Shown here: positions 12,527 through 24,601 of the stretch, piece after piece
Layout: each line of letters starts with the position of its first letter
Numbering within the stretch: the first letter of the stretch is position 1
Assembly (NCBI RefSeq): GCF_001194135.2
Contig: NC_069007.1
Span: forward strand, 16,553,860 to 16,587,384
Direction: 5' to 3'
DNA: 33,525 nucleotides
Source of the DNA: Octopus bimaculoides
Lineage: Eukaryota
Translations under genes and position numbers: made by a program
Notes under the pieces: generated by a model
What the model was told of the DNA's origin: nothing
What the model saw: only the letters and a program-made list of their open reading frames with translations
Databases searched by the model: none

Positions 12527-13019
12527 CTTAGCACATATAAAATGAAAAATACAGGAAAAGAGTAGTGAATGAAAACAAAAAAAAAAAAAACTAAGATGAA
12601 TGCACATTATATATATATACATATATATATATACACACACACCTATAGTTATTACACATATACTTAATATACAATTATTATACATATGCACTCTCATATA
12701 TATATATATAAAACACAATTACCATTCATATGCATAAATATACTCATATAAATATATATATATATATATATGCATATATAGACTCATATATATATACATA
12801 CACAAGTGTGTATATATATAATTGCATCCATTTTTACACACACATATTTTTTATATATTCATAATCTGGAGACTGGTAGCAAATAGCCGCAGTACTCAAA
12901 ACAAAAAAAATATCAAATTTAGTGCTAGACAATAGGTGGATTTACTCAAGTATCCTGTCAGAGAAAACCGTGTTGCACAAGCTGAAGCTGAACATCAAAT
13001 GAAAATAGAATTATTTCTC

Positions 13020-13125
13020 CAACAACCTAATAAGCAAAGATTGGCTCTATGTGATAGCAGAAGGCAGAAGACACCTGTCCAAAGTACCGTGCAGTGGAAC
13101 TGAACTCAAAGCCACATTGTTAATA
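13020..13125 (-). mobile_element. Partial composite SINE head (a similar fragment lies at 14255-14390)
   Basis: aataagcaaagattg...atagcagaagg.agaagacac.tg.ccaaagtacc.tgcagtgg.actga.ctcaaagccacattgttaa is shared by both fragments. Confidence 0.6.
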
Positions 13126-13848
13126 GCAGAGCAGAAATTTAACTAAAGTGATCAATAAAGTTAGGTTCNNNNNNNNNNNNNNNNNNNNNNNNNNNNNNNN
13201 NNNNNNNNNNNNNNNNNNNNNNNNNNNNNNNNNNNNNNNNNNNNNNNNNNNNNNNNNNNNNNNNNNNNNNNNNNNNNNNNNNNNNNNNNNNNNNNNNNNN
13301 NNNNNNNNNNNNNNNNNNNNNNNNNNNNNNNNNNNNNNNNNNNNNNNNNNNNNNNNNNNNNNNNNNNNNNNNNNNNNNNNNNNNNNNNNNNNNNNNNNNN
13401 NNNNNNNNNNNNNNNNNNNNNNNNNNNNNNNNNNNNNNNNNNNNNNNNNNNNNNNNNNNNNNNNNNNNNNNNNNNNNNNNNNNNNNNNNNNNNNNNNNNN
13501 NNNNNNNNNNNNNNNNNNNNNNNNNNNNNNNNNNNNNNNNNNNNNNNNNNNNNNNNNNNNNNNNNNNNNNNNNNNNNNNNNNNNNNNNNNNNNNNNNNNN
13601 NNNNNNNNNNNNNNNNNNNNNNNNNNNNNNNNNNNNNNNNNNNNNNNNNNNNNNNNNNNNNNNNNNNNNNNNNNNNNNNNNNNNNNNNNNNNNNNNNNNN
13701 NNNNNNNNNNNNNNNNNNNNNNNNNNNNNNNNNNNNNNNNNNNNNNNNNNNNNNNNNTGAACTTTTTCTTAGTTCAGTTAGTCTACATATTATCATTAAT
13801 CATAAACTACGATAGGACTTAATCAATATTAGCCGGTACTGTGTTTAA

Positions 13849-13894
<46 letters not shown>

Positions 13895-14689
13895 CACACA
13901 CACACTCATATGTTTGTTCAATACATATTTTCCTGTTTCCGGCAGTGTTAGATAGAAAAGGTACTTGAGACAGGATTTTTATGGCCAGTTGCTCTCTCTG
14001 ACACCAAACCTGACTTGTTTCCCAAGTAACAGAATTTAATCCCTGAGGAACTGTAAAGTTCAAAGATAACGGGTGATTTGTTCACAAGAAATGTCAACAA
14101 ACATCATCAGTTGCAGCCCAACCGTGAATGGTGACATCACTGCTTTCAGCTCAACTGCAAATGATGTAGCTCACCACAGATTGAAATCACAGATGTTCAT
14201 GCATGTACATGCACATACTTGCATATATTATGCATAGATACACACACACACACACAACAGGTTTCTTTCAGTTTTCATCTGCCAAATTTCCTAATAAGCA
14301 AAGATTGCCTCCATGCCATAGCAGAAGGTAGAAGACACTTGCCCAAAGTACCATGCAGTGGGACTGATCTCAAAGCCACATTGTTAAGAATTTAAAGGTC
14401 ACTATGTTTCACTGAAGTTTCTTGCTGGCAGGGTGTATGTCAGATGGCATATCAACAAAGAGTTTTTAAAATGCTACAATAGAATCACCATTGGCCTTGA
14501 AGTCTCCAGTTGTAAACTTCCCACTGATCTTGTGTGTATATACCCAGCAGATCACTGTCATAAGCAAAGAATCGTGTAGAGCTCCTTTGTTTTCCCTTAT
14601 ACCAGGCAGCAAAGTCCTTAAAATGCTTGTAAGTGTTGTTCTCCCTTCTCTGTGATTGAGGCTCACAGTGTGAGAGGAGTGGGATTAGT

Positions 14690-14875
14690 TGATATCACTG
14701 ACCCAAGGCTTTTGGCTAGTAATTTATTCTATTGAAAAAGGACGAATGGCAAAATTAACCTCAGTCAGATTTGAACTCAGTATGAAAAGAATTGGAATGA
14801 ATACTATTAAGCATTTTTTTCTTTTGTTTTTGCTTTCTGACATTAACAATTCTACCGATCCTCCAACCTAATAAT
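14690..14875 (-). mobile_element. Degenerate copy of the same tRNA-derived SINE
   Basis: ggcaaaattaacctcagtcagatttgaactcag...aacaattctacc, followed by (aat)n. Confidence 0.65.
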
Positions 14876-15095
14876 AATAAAAAGCACCAAGAGTAAGAAA
14901 GCAAACAAATATATATTAAAAAAAGATAAGATGAAAACACAGGACAAGAAAGAGCGAGTGCGTGTCTGTTTGTGTGTGCATGTGTGTTCCTTTGCGTGCG
15001 TGTACAACAAAAAGTGGAGAAGTATTTTATTTATTTATTTATTTTTTTTTTTTTGCTTTTCAAATGTCATAGGGTATATTCAGAAACCACTGTAC

Positions 15096-15140
15096 CTTTG
15101 TCTCGGTTATCCATGTAGGTAGGAGTCACACTACGCTGAG
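15096..15140 (-). CDS. Short coding exon (45 nt, phase 1-1) of the same gene
   Basis: Acceptor gatctttacag|CT CAG CGT and donor ACAAAG|gtacag. Encodes (A)QRSVTPTYMDNRDK, in frame with both flanking exons. Confidence 0.7.
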
Positions 15141-15959
15141 CTGTAAAGATCAAGCATGGCTTGTGAATCAACGATTTCAGCCGACAAGTCATTTAAGGCA
15201 GAAACATGTAGAAGGAAACCAAGCATGGAAACATACATATACGGTTAAAGTCCACTTATGTACATGCATATGTGCATTTATATACATATATACACACACA
15301 TACATATATATACATGTACATATATACACACATATACGTATGTACATATATATATATATATATATGTATGTACATATATATATACACTTACACATATATA
15401 TATATATTGGACAGATAGTAATGTAAAGATTAAGTTCAACGGTGGTGCAAACGAATTCATAAATCAATAAAATATATAAATAAGTAAATAAAAGCTATTT
15501 TCATAGCTTCAATGAAAATGAAAAAGTTCTTTTTATTCAGTCCAGTGGCTGTTTCGCAATATCAGTGAATATATTATTGAATGTTTCCTACATATATCAG
15601 ATATGACAGATTTTGTCATGGCATACGGCTTCAAGTACACGTCAGTAATTGACAAGGCTCAAGGACACTGAAATGCACCTGGTATTCTTGCTAGCTACTG
15701 CCAGGATGACTTTTCGTCTGCCTCTTATATATATATATAATCATCATCTTTTATCATTTTACTTGTTTCAGTCATTAGACTAAGGCCATGCTGATATATA
15801 TATTTTATAACTAAGATAATATATATTCTAATTATACATACATATACATATTTTATAGAAGTGGTTATAATCCAATCTGTGTCCTTGTGAGGCACGTCTG
15901 CACATTCCAGGAATCAAATGCTTGTGGATGTTTATTTTAAATGAGAAAAAAACTCATAC

Positions 15960-15992
15960 ATACTAGTTGAAAGTCCTGGTGAGTCATAATAC
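15960..15992 (-). CDS. Candidate 33-nt cassette exon (phase 1-1)
   Basis: Acceptor ccttgttttcaattgatacatactctgcag| and donor TAT|gtatga. Encodes (G)IMTHQDFQLV. Supported by splice signals only; could be chance. Confidence 0.3.
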
Positions 15993-16068
15993 CTGCAGAG
16001 TATGTATCAATTGAAAACAAGGACTAGTAAATTTGGTAGATATCTAAAAATGTACTAAATTTTCTAGT

Positions 16069-16130
<62 letters not shown>

Positions 16131-16224
16131 TGAGAAAGTTGGTATGTGAAAGCACGTGGTTGGATGTATAAAAGATAAGAGTGAAAAAACTACACAAGGC
16201 TTGTGTTACATGGTTAAAGTATAT

Positions 16225-16354
16225 ATTTAAATTATGTCAGAAAAATGTTAGAAAAATGTTAGAAAATCTTTTTGGTATATAAACATTGTATTTTGTTTAT
16301 ATACCAAAAAGATTTTATAACATTTTTCTAACATTTTTCTGACATAATTTAAAT
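16225..16354. repeat. Near-perfect palindrome: 61-bp arms, 8-nt loop
   Basis: Left arm atttaaattatgtcagaaaaatgttagaaaaatgttagaaaatctttttggtatataaaca. The reverse complement of the right arm differs at one base. The right end abuts the gap at 16355. Confidence 0.95.
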
Positions 16355-16879
16355 NNNNNNNNNNNNNNNNNNNNNNNNNNNNNNNNNNNNNNNNNNNNNN
16401 NNNNNNNNNNNNNNNNNNNNNNNNNNNNNNNNNNNNNNNNNNNNNNNNNNNNNNNNNNNNNNNNNNNNNNNNNNNNNNNNNNNNNNNNNNNNNNNNNNNN
16501 NNNNNNNNNNNNNNNNNNNNNNNNNNNNNNNNNNNNNNNNNNNNNNNNNNNAGATATTTTATCCCAGATGAAAACTGCAGCATGTTGCCTGTCAATGGCA
16601 TGTACATGTTAGCTGTACATACATTAAATATGGCACATAAATGGTCATAATGCAAGATGCTAATATATACCAACATAAGGGCTTGAAAGAAAAGAGACTG
16701 ATCTGGTTAAAGTTACAGTGAAGTCTACCTATTGGCAGTTTCCAGACACGTTGCAAAAGGATTATGCAACCACTCTACACTAAGCTAGAGTTTTAACATT
16801 ACATCACTTCAGTAACATGTTGATATTGGTTATTACAATGATTGAGTGGGAGAGAACAGCATTCCATCAAAGAGACATG

Positions 16880-17272
16880 GGTACAAATATACGTAGCCCT
16901 ATACACCCATCATGAGTACCTGCCTGGTAAGGGTCCACCAGGCACATGCATCACGACCGTATGTGCATGACATGGTGACTTCGTATCAAGATAAACAGTG
17001 CAGGTCCTTGCAGGTGGGGGCCCAGTTAGAATTTTCTTCAGGTCGCGTAGCCCATCCTGTTCAAAAGGTCCCTGAATAAGGGTTGTTCATGGCTGATGAA
17101 CAAAATACCCATATTTCCAGAGGTGAATTATTCAAACCCCGAAGAATTCATCTCGACACATGGCTTGCTCATGATCGGAGATGCACATATCCTCAGCCAC
17201 CAAGGGACATGCTCAACTGGTTATGGTCAAGCAACTGACAAGCGAATCTGTGATACTGAGCAGAATATTATC
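16880..17272. mobile_element. Unclassified interspersed repeat, copy 2 (longer)
   Basis: Its right part matches 1-245 in the same orientation. Confidence 0.7.
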
Positions 17273-17491
17273 ATTATTACTATTATTAGAGCTATTACAT
17301 GTTAGTTTAGTTAACAGAGATATTGTCTTGAGATTTGGTGACAAGTTTCCTCAAATCCGAAGAGACTTTCTTAAGATTCTTGCAAAAGCAGATCAACAAT
17401 GCATGTTTCAATTCCAATATCGTTCAGTGTCTGAGGTGGCATTTTGGGTGTTGTTCCAAGTACACTGATTACTACAGGAATAACCGTCACC
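17270..17491 (-). mobile_element. Decayed R4/Dong-like RLE 3' fragment
   Basis: Minus strand reads VTVIPVVISVLGTTPK...IETCIVDL/ARILRKSLRI*, ending in (AAT)n. Confidence 0.6.
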
Positions 17492-17539
17492 TTTGTGTTC
17501 TGCAATCTTTTTGTTGTTGTTGCTGTTATTATTAGTATA

Positions 17540-17790
17540 ATTATCATCAAAGCTATTATGTGCTACATTAGTTAACAGGGATGTCTTAAGGTTTGGTAGC
17601 AACAAGTCTCATCAAATCTCAGGTGTCTTTCTGAGGATTCTTGCTAAATACAAGACTGCACTTTTTTGCATGATGACAATGTAAGTCTCACCCTCTTTGG
17701 TAGCACTTGCTGTGCCAAGTGCACCAAATACCACAGGAGCAATTGTTGTCTTATTCTTCCACAATCTCTCCGAATTTCTCCAAAGTTTTA
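17540..17790 (-). mobile_element. Second decayed R4/Dong-like RLE 3' fragment, in tandem with the previous one
   Basis: ORF 17612-17794 contains ERLWKNKTTIAPVVFGALGT...QKSAVLYLARILRKTPEI*, flanked by (AAT/AAC)n. Confidence 0.6.
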
Positions 17791-17831
17791 ACATTAAATC
17801 ATTTTAGTAATATTCTGATATCTATGATCAA

Positions 17832-17868
<37 letters not shown>

Positions 17869-18289
17869 TATGTCATGAGAAATCAGAAACATCAGGAGAA
17901 CATGAAATAAACTAGATTTTTTTAAACTGCAGAAATTGAAGTAGGTTATAGGTAACCTTTGACCTTTTGTATCCAAAAGGGGTTTTAACCCAATATTTAC
18001 ATGCTATTAGTTTGGAAATGTGCTGTCCATAGCTTAATTGGTGTTCATTTAGACTGAAGTGATGCAGAGTGCCAAGTAATTTGTATTTACATGACATCAT
18101 TTTGGGTTTCATAGATTACAACGATTGTTGTTTATATGATGCTGAAAATTGTAAATAAGGTTGTTTGATGAATTTATCTAAGTCAGATAATTTTTATTGA
18201 AGATTTTACCGAAAAATTTTAAAACAATGTTTTAGAATATAACAATTTACATTGGAGAAAGAATTAGACAGAAAGACAAATAGAGACAT

Positions 18290-18590
18290 AGCTAGAAAAA
18301 TAGATAGATGGATAGACAGGTAGATATCTGTTTATATTGATGGGTAGATAGATAGATAGATAGATAGACAGATAGGCAAACAGAGAGGAACAGTAAGACA
18401 GATAAAGTGATAGACAGAGACAGACAGACATATAGGTAAAGAGATAGGTGTCTGTCTACTGAAGATTAGCCACAGAGAGAGAAATAACAGATAGATAAAC
18501 AAACAGATAGATAGATGGATGGATAGATAAATAGGTAAAGCAAAGACATAGAAAGAGAGAAACAGATAGATAGTAAGGAGCAATATATAA
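18290..18590. repeat. (GATA/GACA)n tetranucleotide tract
   Basis: Direct reading of the sequence. Confidence 0.9.
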
Positions 18591-19124
18591 GTAGATTGTG
18601 AGAAACAGAGTTAAAAAAAAGACCAGGCCAATATTACAGAAATAAACCCATACATATTATTATCATATCACCATCATCATCATTATTATTATTATAAGTA
18701 TTATTATAAAAAATTCAATAGCTTTTGGGTTTTTTTAAAAATATTTTATGAAAAATAAGAAACAAACCATGCGTTATCTTAAATCATGATGCATGAAGCA
18801 GAAATGAGAGATTCAATATTAAAACAATAAATATATAAATACTAATTGAAACTCATTAAAATCCAAATCAATTAAATAAACCAAAATACATAACCTACCT
18901 ATACACTCATATTCTGATTCTGTTTAATTGGATTTCAAATGAAACTATGTGAATATGTTCATAGACTTTCGTATCCATATATTTTATATAAATTTATATA
19001 TCAGTTGGTTAGGATCATGTGTAATCAGTACAATGCTTTACTACTGAAACATATGTAGCATGGATTGCATTGCTATCATCCAGTCTTATAATTTTATTAT
19101 ATATAATGTATTTTACCATTTATG

Positions 19125-19960
19125 TTCTACTTGCTTCAGTCACTGGACTGCAGCCATGATAGGGCAACTTGTTCAAGGGTTTAATCAAACAAATCAACCC
19201 TATTATTTCTTTTATGTATGGTATATTTACTATAACAGTCTCTTATGCCCAACCACTAAGTTACAGGGATGGTGGGCGGATCAACATTGACACAAACACA
19301 CACACATACATATGACAGGTTTCTGTCAGTTTCTGTCAGTTTCCGTCCACCAAATCCACTCACAAGACTTTGGTTGGCCTGAGGCTATAGTAGAAGACAC
19401 TTGCCCAAGTTGCCACGTAGTGGGACTGAACCTGGAACCATGTGGTTCAGAAGCAAGCTTCTTAATTCTTTATTGCCCACAAGGGGCTAAACATAGAGGG
19501 CACAGACAAAGGGATTAAGTCGATTACATTGACTCCAGTGCGTAACTGGTACTTTATTTATCGACCCTGAAAGGATGAAAGGCAAAGTCGACCTCAGCGG
19601 AATTTGAACTCAGAACGCAACGGCAGACGAAATACTACTACACATTTCGCCCAGCGTCCTAACGTTTCTGCCAGTTTGTCACCTTAAAGCAAGCTTCTTA
19701 TTTTTCTATTGTCCACAAGGGGCTAAACATAGAGGGGACAAACGAGGACAGACAAAGGGATTAAGTCGATTACATTGACCCCAGTGCGTAACTGGTACTT
19801 AATTTATCGACCCCGAAAGGATGAAACGCAAAGTCGACCTCGGCAGAATTTGAACTCAGAACGTAAAGATGAACGAAATACCGCTAAGCATTTTGCCCGG
19901 CGTGCTAATGTTTCTACCAGCTCACCGCCTTTTAAAGCAAGCTTCTTACCACACAACAAC
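19125..19960 (-). mobile_element. Composite tRNA-headed SINE with internal (TA/CA)n, hosting the nested pair
   Basis: ttgcttcagtcactggactgcagccatg...gaagacacttgcccaag...gggactgaacctggaaccatgtggtt [insertion] aagcaagcttcttaccacac. Confidence 0.8.
19465..19934 (-). mobile_element. Two tandem tRNA-SINE copies nested in the head of another SINE
   Basis: Copies at 19465-19686 and 19701-19934, bounded by three identical AAGCAAGCTTCTTA at 19451, 19687 and 19935. Confidence 0.9.
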
Positions 19961-20280
19961 ACCTACAAGTATATGAATAGATTTGCTCATAAACAAAACC
20001 TGGTGTGCAGTTTATAAAAGACAAAGATAATGTAATGCTAGAGACAATATGACTGAAAATCGAGTAAAAAAAAAAAATATTGATCTTGGCAGGAATGTAT
20101 TTCATCAATCATAGATTTGCTGGATGAGGGCTGAATGCTGGGATGGGAGTGAGGTGTTATGTGAAAACAGCAAAAAATAATCAGATCAGATAAGTTCATT
20201 ATTACAAATAATCAGTAATGTCCCTTCCTTACAAAATTGAAGATAATATTTTATTTTATACAATAGTGGTTGTGGTACAA

Positions 20281-20449
20281 CAAAAGCACCCAGTACCCAG
20301 TGTCAAGTGGTTGGCACTAGGAAGGGCATCCAGTTGTATAAACCATGCAAAAGCTGACACTGGAGCTGATGCAGACCTGCAGTTTGTCAGATGATGTCAA
20401 ATCATCCAACCCATGCCAACATGGAAAATTGACATTAAATGATGATGAC
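20281..20449 (+). mobile_element. SINE of the same family as 30220-30400
   Basis: aaaagcacccagtac...ggttggcactaggaagggcatccag...catgccaacatggaaaattgacattaaatgatgatgac. Confidence 0.7.
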
Positions 20450-21449
20450 CATTATTAGTATTACTTATGATCATCTACTATAATAATATTCTTGTGTTGT
20501 TTCTCTGTCACAACATATGAATGAGAAAGTAAGGGCAGATAGATGAATAAGGAAGGAAGGGGTGGTGGCAAACTGGTGGGATGGGGAACATTCAACGCTG
20601 AAAAGAAAAATCAAACAGCGTTTCAACTCTGTGAGAGTATATGTGTGTATGTACAAGGGAAGTATGTGAATGTATGTTAACATTGACAAGTGTATTAATT
20701 TGATTTACCACCCATATTGATATATAAAATACTACAATTAGCCATCATTTTTGACGGCATGGGGCCAGCTAGTTATCATACATACTCTATAATATCTCTT
20801 CCTTACAAAATCATATAATTATTGCATGCAATCAGTACTATTTCTTCCTTACAAAACCAGATTTTATATAAAATCCTTATTTCAGTAGGACTATAAGATC
20901 CTTATTATGCACGATCACTGTTATATACATTCAGTTATATCTCCAAGCAACTGTCGAGTAGACACAAAAATAAAGACTTAATAGACAGGAACTATCTTAC
21001 TGCTAGTCTGTTGAGGGTTACACGGAATCAACAACAACAATTAATCAATCAGCCAATCGATTGATTAAATAATCAATATGGAACCCATAGAATAATTTGA
21101 GAAAATATCACATGGAAACAAATCTATGGGAATGAATATCCATAATGTTGTGAATCATTAAAAAATATAATCATTAAAAAGATATATACACTCACAAATA
21201 CATATGTACATGTGTGTGCATGTGTGTCTACATGCATATGTGTGTGTGTTGTGTGTGCATGTGTGAGCTTGTCCATGTGCAAATATATGCGTGTGTATGC
21301 CTCCATGCATAATTGTGTATGTATATTAACACTTCTGGAGATTATATATATATATATATATATATTTATTCCGTTTTGGAGATTTGGTTTGCAAGATTCT
21401 TCATGTGAGTTCGTGTGTTGACTCTCCCCAGGCACAACTATATATATAT

Positions 21450-21713
21450 TCTTTTACTTGTTTCAGTCATTTGACTGCGGCCATGCTGGAGCACTGCCTT
21501 ACAGGGTGTTAGTTGAAAAAATCGACCCCAGGACATATTCTTTGTAAGCCTAGTACTTATTCTATCAGCCTCTTTCACCGAACCACTAAGTTACGGGGTC
21601 ATAAACACACCAGCATTGATTATCAAGCAGTGGTGGCAGGACAAATACAGTCATACACACACACAAATATATATATATATATATATATATATGGCAGGCT
21701 TCATCCAGTTTCC
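21450..21713 (-). mobile_element. Composite SINE, 3' part, running into an assembly gap
   Basis: cttttacttgtttcagtcatttgactgcggccatgctggagcac...tttgtaagcctagtacttattc. Confidence 0.8.
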
Positions 21714-22434
21714 NNNNNNNNNNNNNNNNNNNNNNNNNNNNNNNNNNNNNNNNNNNNNNNNNNNNNNNNNNNNNNNNNNNNNNNNNNNNNNNNNNNNNNN
21801 NNNNNNNNNNNNNNNNNNNNNNNNNNNNNNNNNNNNNNNNNNNNNNNNNNNNNNNNNNNNNNNNNNNNNNNNNNNNNNNNNNNNNNNNNNNNNNNNNNNN
21901 NNNNNNNNNNNNNNNNNNNNNNNNNNNNNNNNNNNNNNNNNNNNNNNNNNNNNNNNNNNNNNNNNNNNNNNNNNNNNNNNNNNNNNNNNNNNNNNNNNNN
22001 NNNNNNNNNNNNNNNNNNNNNNNNNNNNNNNNNNNNNNNNNNNNNNNNNNNNNNNNNNNNNNNNNNNNNNNNNNNNNNNNNNNNNNNNNNNNNNNNNNNN
22101 NNNNNNNNNNNNNNNNNNNNNNNNNNNNNNNNNNNNNNNNNNNNNNNNNNNNNNNNNNNNNNNNNNNNNNNNNNNNNNNNNNNNNNNNNNNNNNNNNNNN
22201 NNNNNNNNNNNNNNNNNNNNNNNNNNNNNNNNNNNNNNNNNNNNNNNNNNNNNNNNNNNNNNNNNNNNNNNNNNNNNNNNNNNNNNNNNNNNNNNNNNNN
22301 NNNNNNNNNNNNNNNNNNNNNNNNNNTATATATATATATATATACACATATATACATACACACATGACATCTCAACAGGGTTGTATCTTTAAGGTACAGA
22401 CAATTTAATTCCCATACTGTGGCGAGTGTACAGG

Positions 22435-22484
<50 letters not shown>

Positions 22485-22761
22485 ATTGGAAAGAGAAAAT
22501 AATAAAAGGCAAACAGACACATATGACTTTTAAAAGTCTACAAAACATAAGAAACATAGTAAATGAATGCACAAGTGAAGGAAGATACGACGGAAAATTT
22601 GGGAAAAAGAAAAGGAAAGAAAAACAATAATTAAAAGACTACAAAACTACAACTATTGACAAAAATGAAGCAGCATAGAGGTAGGAGAAAAACGAAGGAT
22701 AAGATCTTTCTGTAGATACTACTACATAGGAAGTGCATCCTGAGGTGTAATCAGCACAGAC

Positions 22762-23016
22762 CTGAAGGACTTGCTGGCGGTTTGAAACACGAAGATGATG
22801 GGCTGGCTGGCGGATTAAAAGCAGTAGCAGACGGACTGACCGGAGCATTGAAGGTGGAGCCAGTGACGGGACTGACCGGCCGATTGAAGGCTGGACTCGC
22901 CGGAGGGACAATAGCTGGACTGACTGGCCGAACGAACGCTGGACTTACAGGTCGTTTAGGAGCCAGCGGATCGAGAGCTTCCAGCGGATCGAGAAGGTCT
23001 TCCAGTTCCGTATGGA
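22762..23016 (-). CDS. Internal coding exon (255 nt, phase 1-1) of an unidentified gene; Pro/Ser-rich repeat region
   Basis: Acceptor ttctcag|TC CAT ACG and donor CCTTCAG|gtctgt. The GC-rich island is open in one frame: (V)HTELEDLLDPLEALDPLAPKRPVSPAFVRPVSPAIVPPASPAFNRPVSPVTGSTFNAPVSPSATAFNPPASPSSSCFKPPASPS. Phase matches the neighbouring exons. Confidence 0.85.
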
Positions 23017-24570
23017 CTGAGAATGCATGGCAAAGATAGACAAGAACATTGCAAGATTCCAGTAGGTAAAAGAAAATGGTAAATGGTAAAAGTTTTGTTT
23101 GTTGAAAATACAGAATATGCTTTATTGTCATCATTATTTGAAACGGTGAAGAAAATACAAGAGAAAAATAGAAAAGAGAAAGAGAGAATGTTGAATATTA
23201 TCAGATTAGACATACAACATTTTGTTATTGTGTCCAACATTAACAGAAGACATAAACAGATGTGAATAAGAGTTGAGAAAGAAAAAATAACAGTACTGAA
23301 TGTGATACAAATATACATATATAAATATATATACATATATATATTGTATTATATAATATATACAAATATATATTTATATATACAGAAATGGTGTATAAAC
23401 ATCAAAAAATATATCCATGGTAAAAATCCAAGACATCATAAGGCAGTCAAATCCAGGTGGAACAAACATGTATATACAGAAACAGCTAAAATAATCTTTA
23501 AGAGGAATATATTTAGATAAAAAGTAGAAAAGCATAAATTTTACATACAGATTATATTTTTTTTATTGTACACACCAGCGGTTTCAATGGCATATAACAG
23601 CATTATATTACATAATTGAAATAACATAGTTCATTCAAAATTGATGTGTTACCCATACCAACAATGGAAAAAAATTTTCCATGTATTTTAATCATGTAAA
23701 TATACAAATAATGATGTTTTATGCCATTGAAACAGCTGTTGAGCACAATCAAATTAATGAATTAATTTATGTTCTTCTGCTTTCTTTTTTCTACATAGGT
23801 GTATGAATTGCATTCCATTAGAGAAAAGGTTATGTAAGTTAACGAATCAGCTAAGGAAGACCAGAGTTTGAGAAATATAGATGTGATATGTGTCAGCAGA
23901 AAAAAAAAAAAAACAAAGATTTCATGAAGTACATAAATTCATATGCTAGGAGTGCAACGAGAATCCTGATGGTAAAATTGTCCAAGGTCAAATGTCAGAA
24001 TTCTTGTCTGTCCATGGAACAAGTTCACTTAATTAATGAAATTGCACCAGCTTGGACTTTAAACAATGAATTTACAATTAGAAAATTTTGAAGAAAAGGG
24101 GTCGGGGTGTAATATGATATATGTAAAGGTGCACATTTTGATGCATGTGATACTCCACTATCACCAACTGCAAATAATGCATAACATTTCATATGAAATT
24201 ATTTATGTGCAGAGGTATTAGGAAAGAAGGGGTATTGAAACAATTGTAGCTTGTAATAATGATGCACTAAATTCATTCTTTATCTTCTTATTTGAATTAT
24301 ATATATATGTACCCCCCCTTCACACACACATATATATTAGATAAGAGGGGGTTATTGAATCCAAGCTGGTTCCTCAGCCAGCACTTATGTGAATATTGGC
24401 TAACAGAGAGCATGTTAGTAGCTACTTTACCTTCAAATGAAATTCCACAACTAATAAATTAGTCACAGAGTATAATACATTAAGTTGAAGACTAAACTTT
24501 ATGGTATCACATTTAAACCTTTTGTTGAAATGGATATAACTAATGAGCTAAATGTAAAACCATAAATTTC

Positions 24571-24601
<31 letters not shown>

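Noticed and set aside
22782-23039. Plus-strand ORF MKHEDDGLAGGLKAVADGLTG...
   Set aside because: It is the antisense shadow of the minus-strand Pro/Ser exon, which has the splice sites and phase consistency.
23799-23833. Plus-strand exon-like signal (ttttttctacatag|GTGTATGAA...|gtaagt) encoding VYELHSIREKV
   Set aside because: No convincing partner exons on plus were found, and such acceptor/donor pairs occur by chance in AT-rich DNA.
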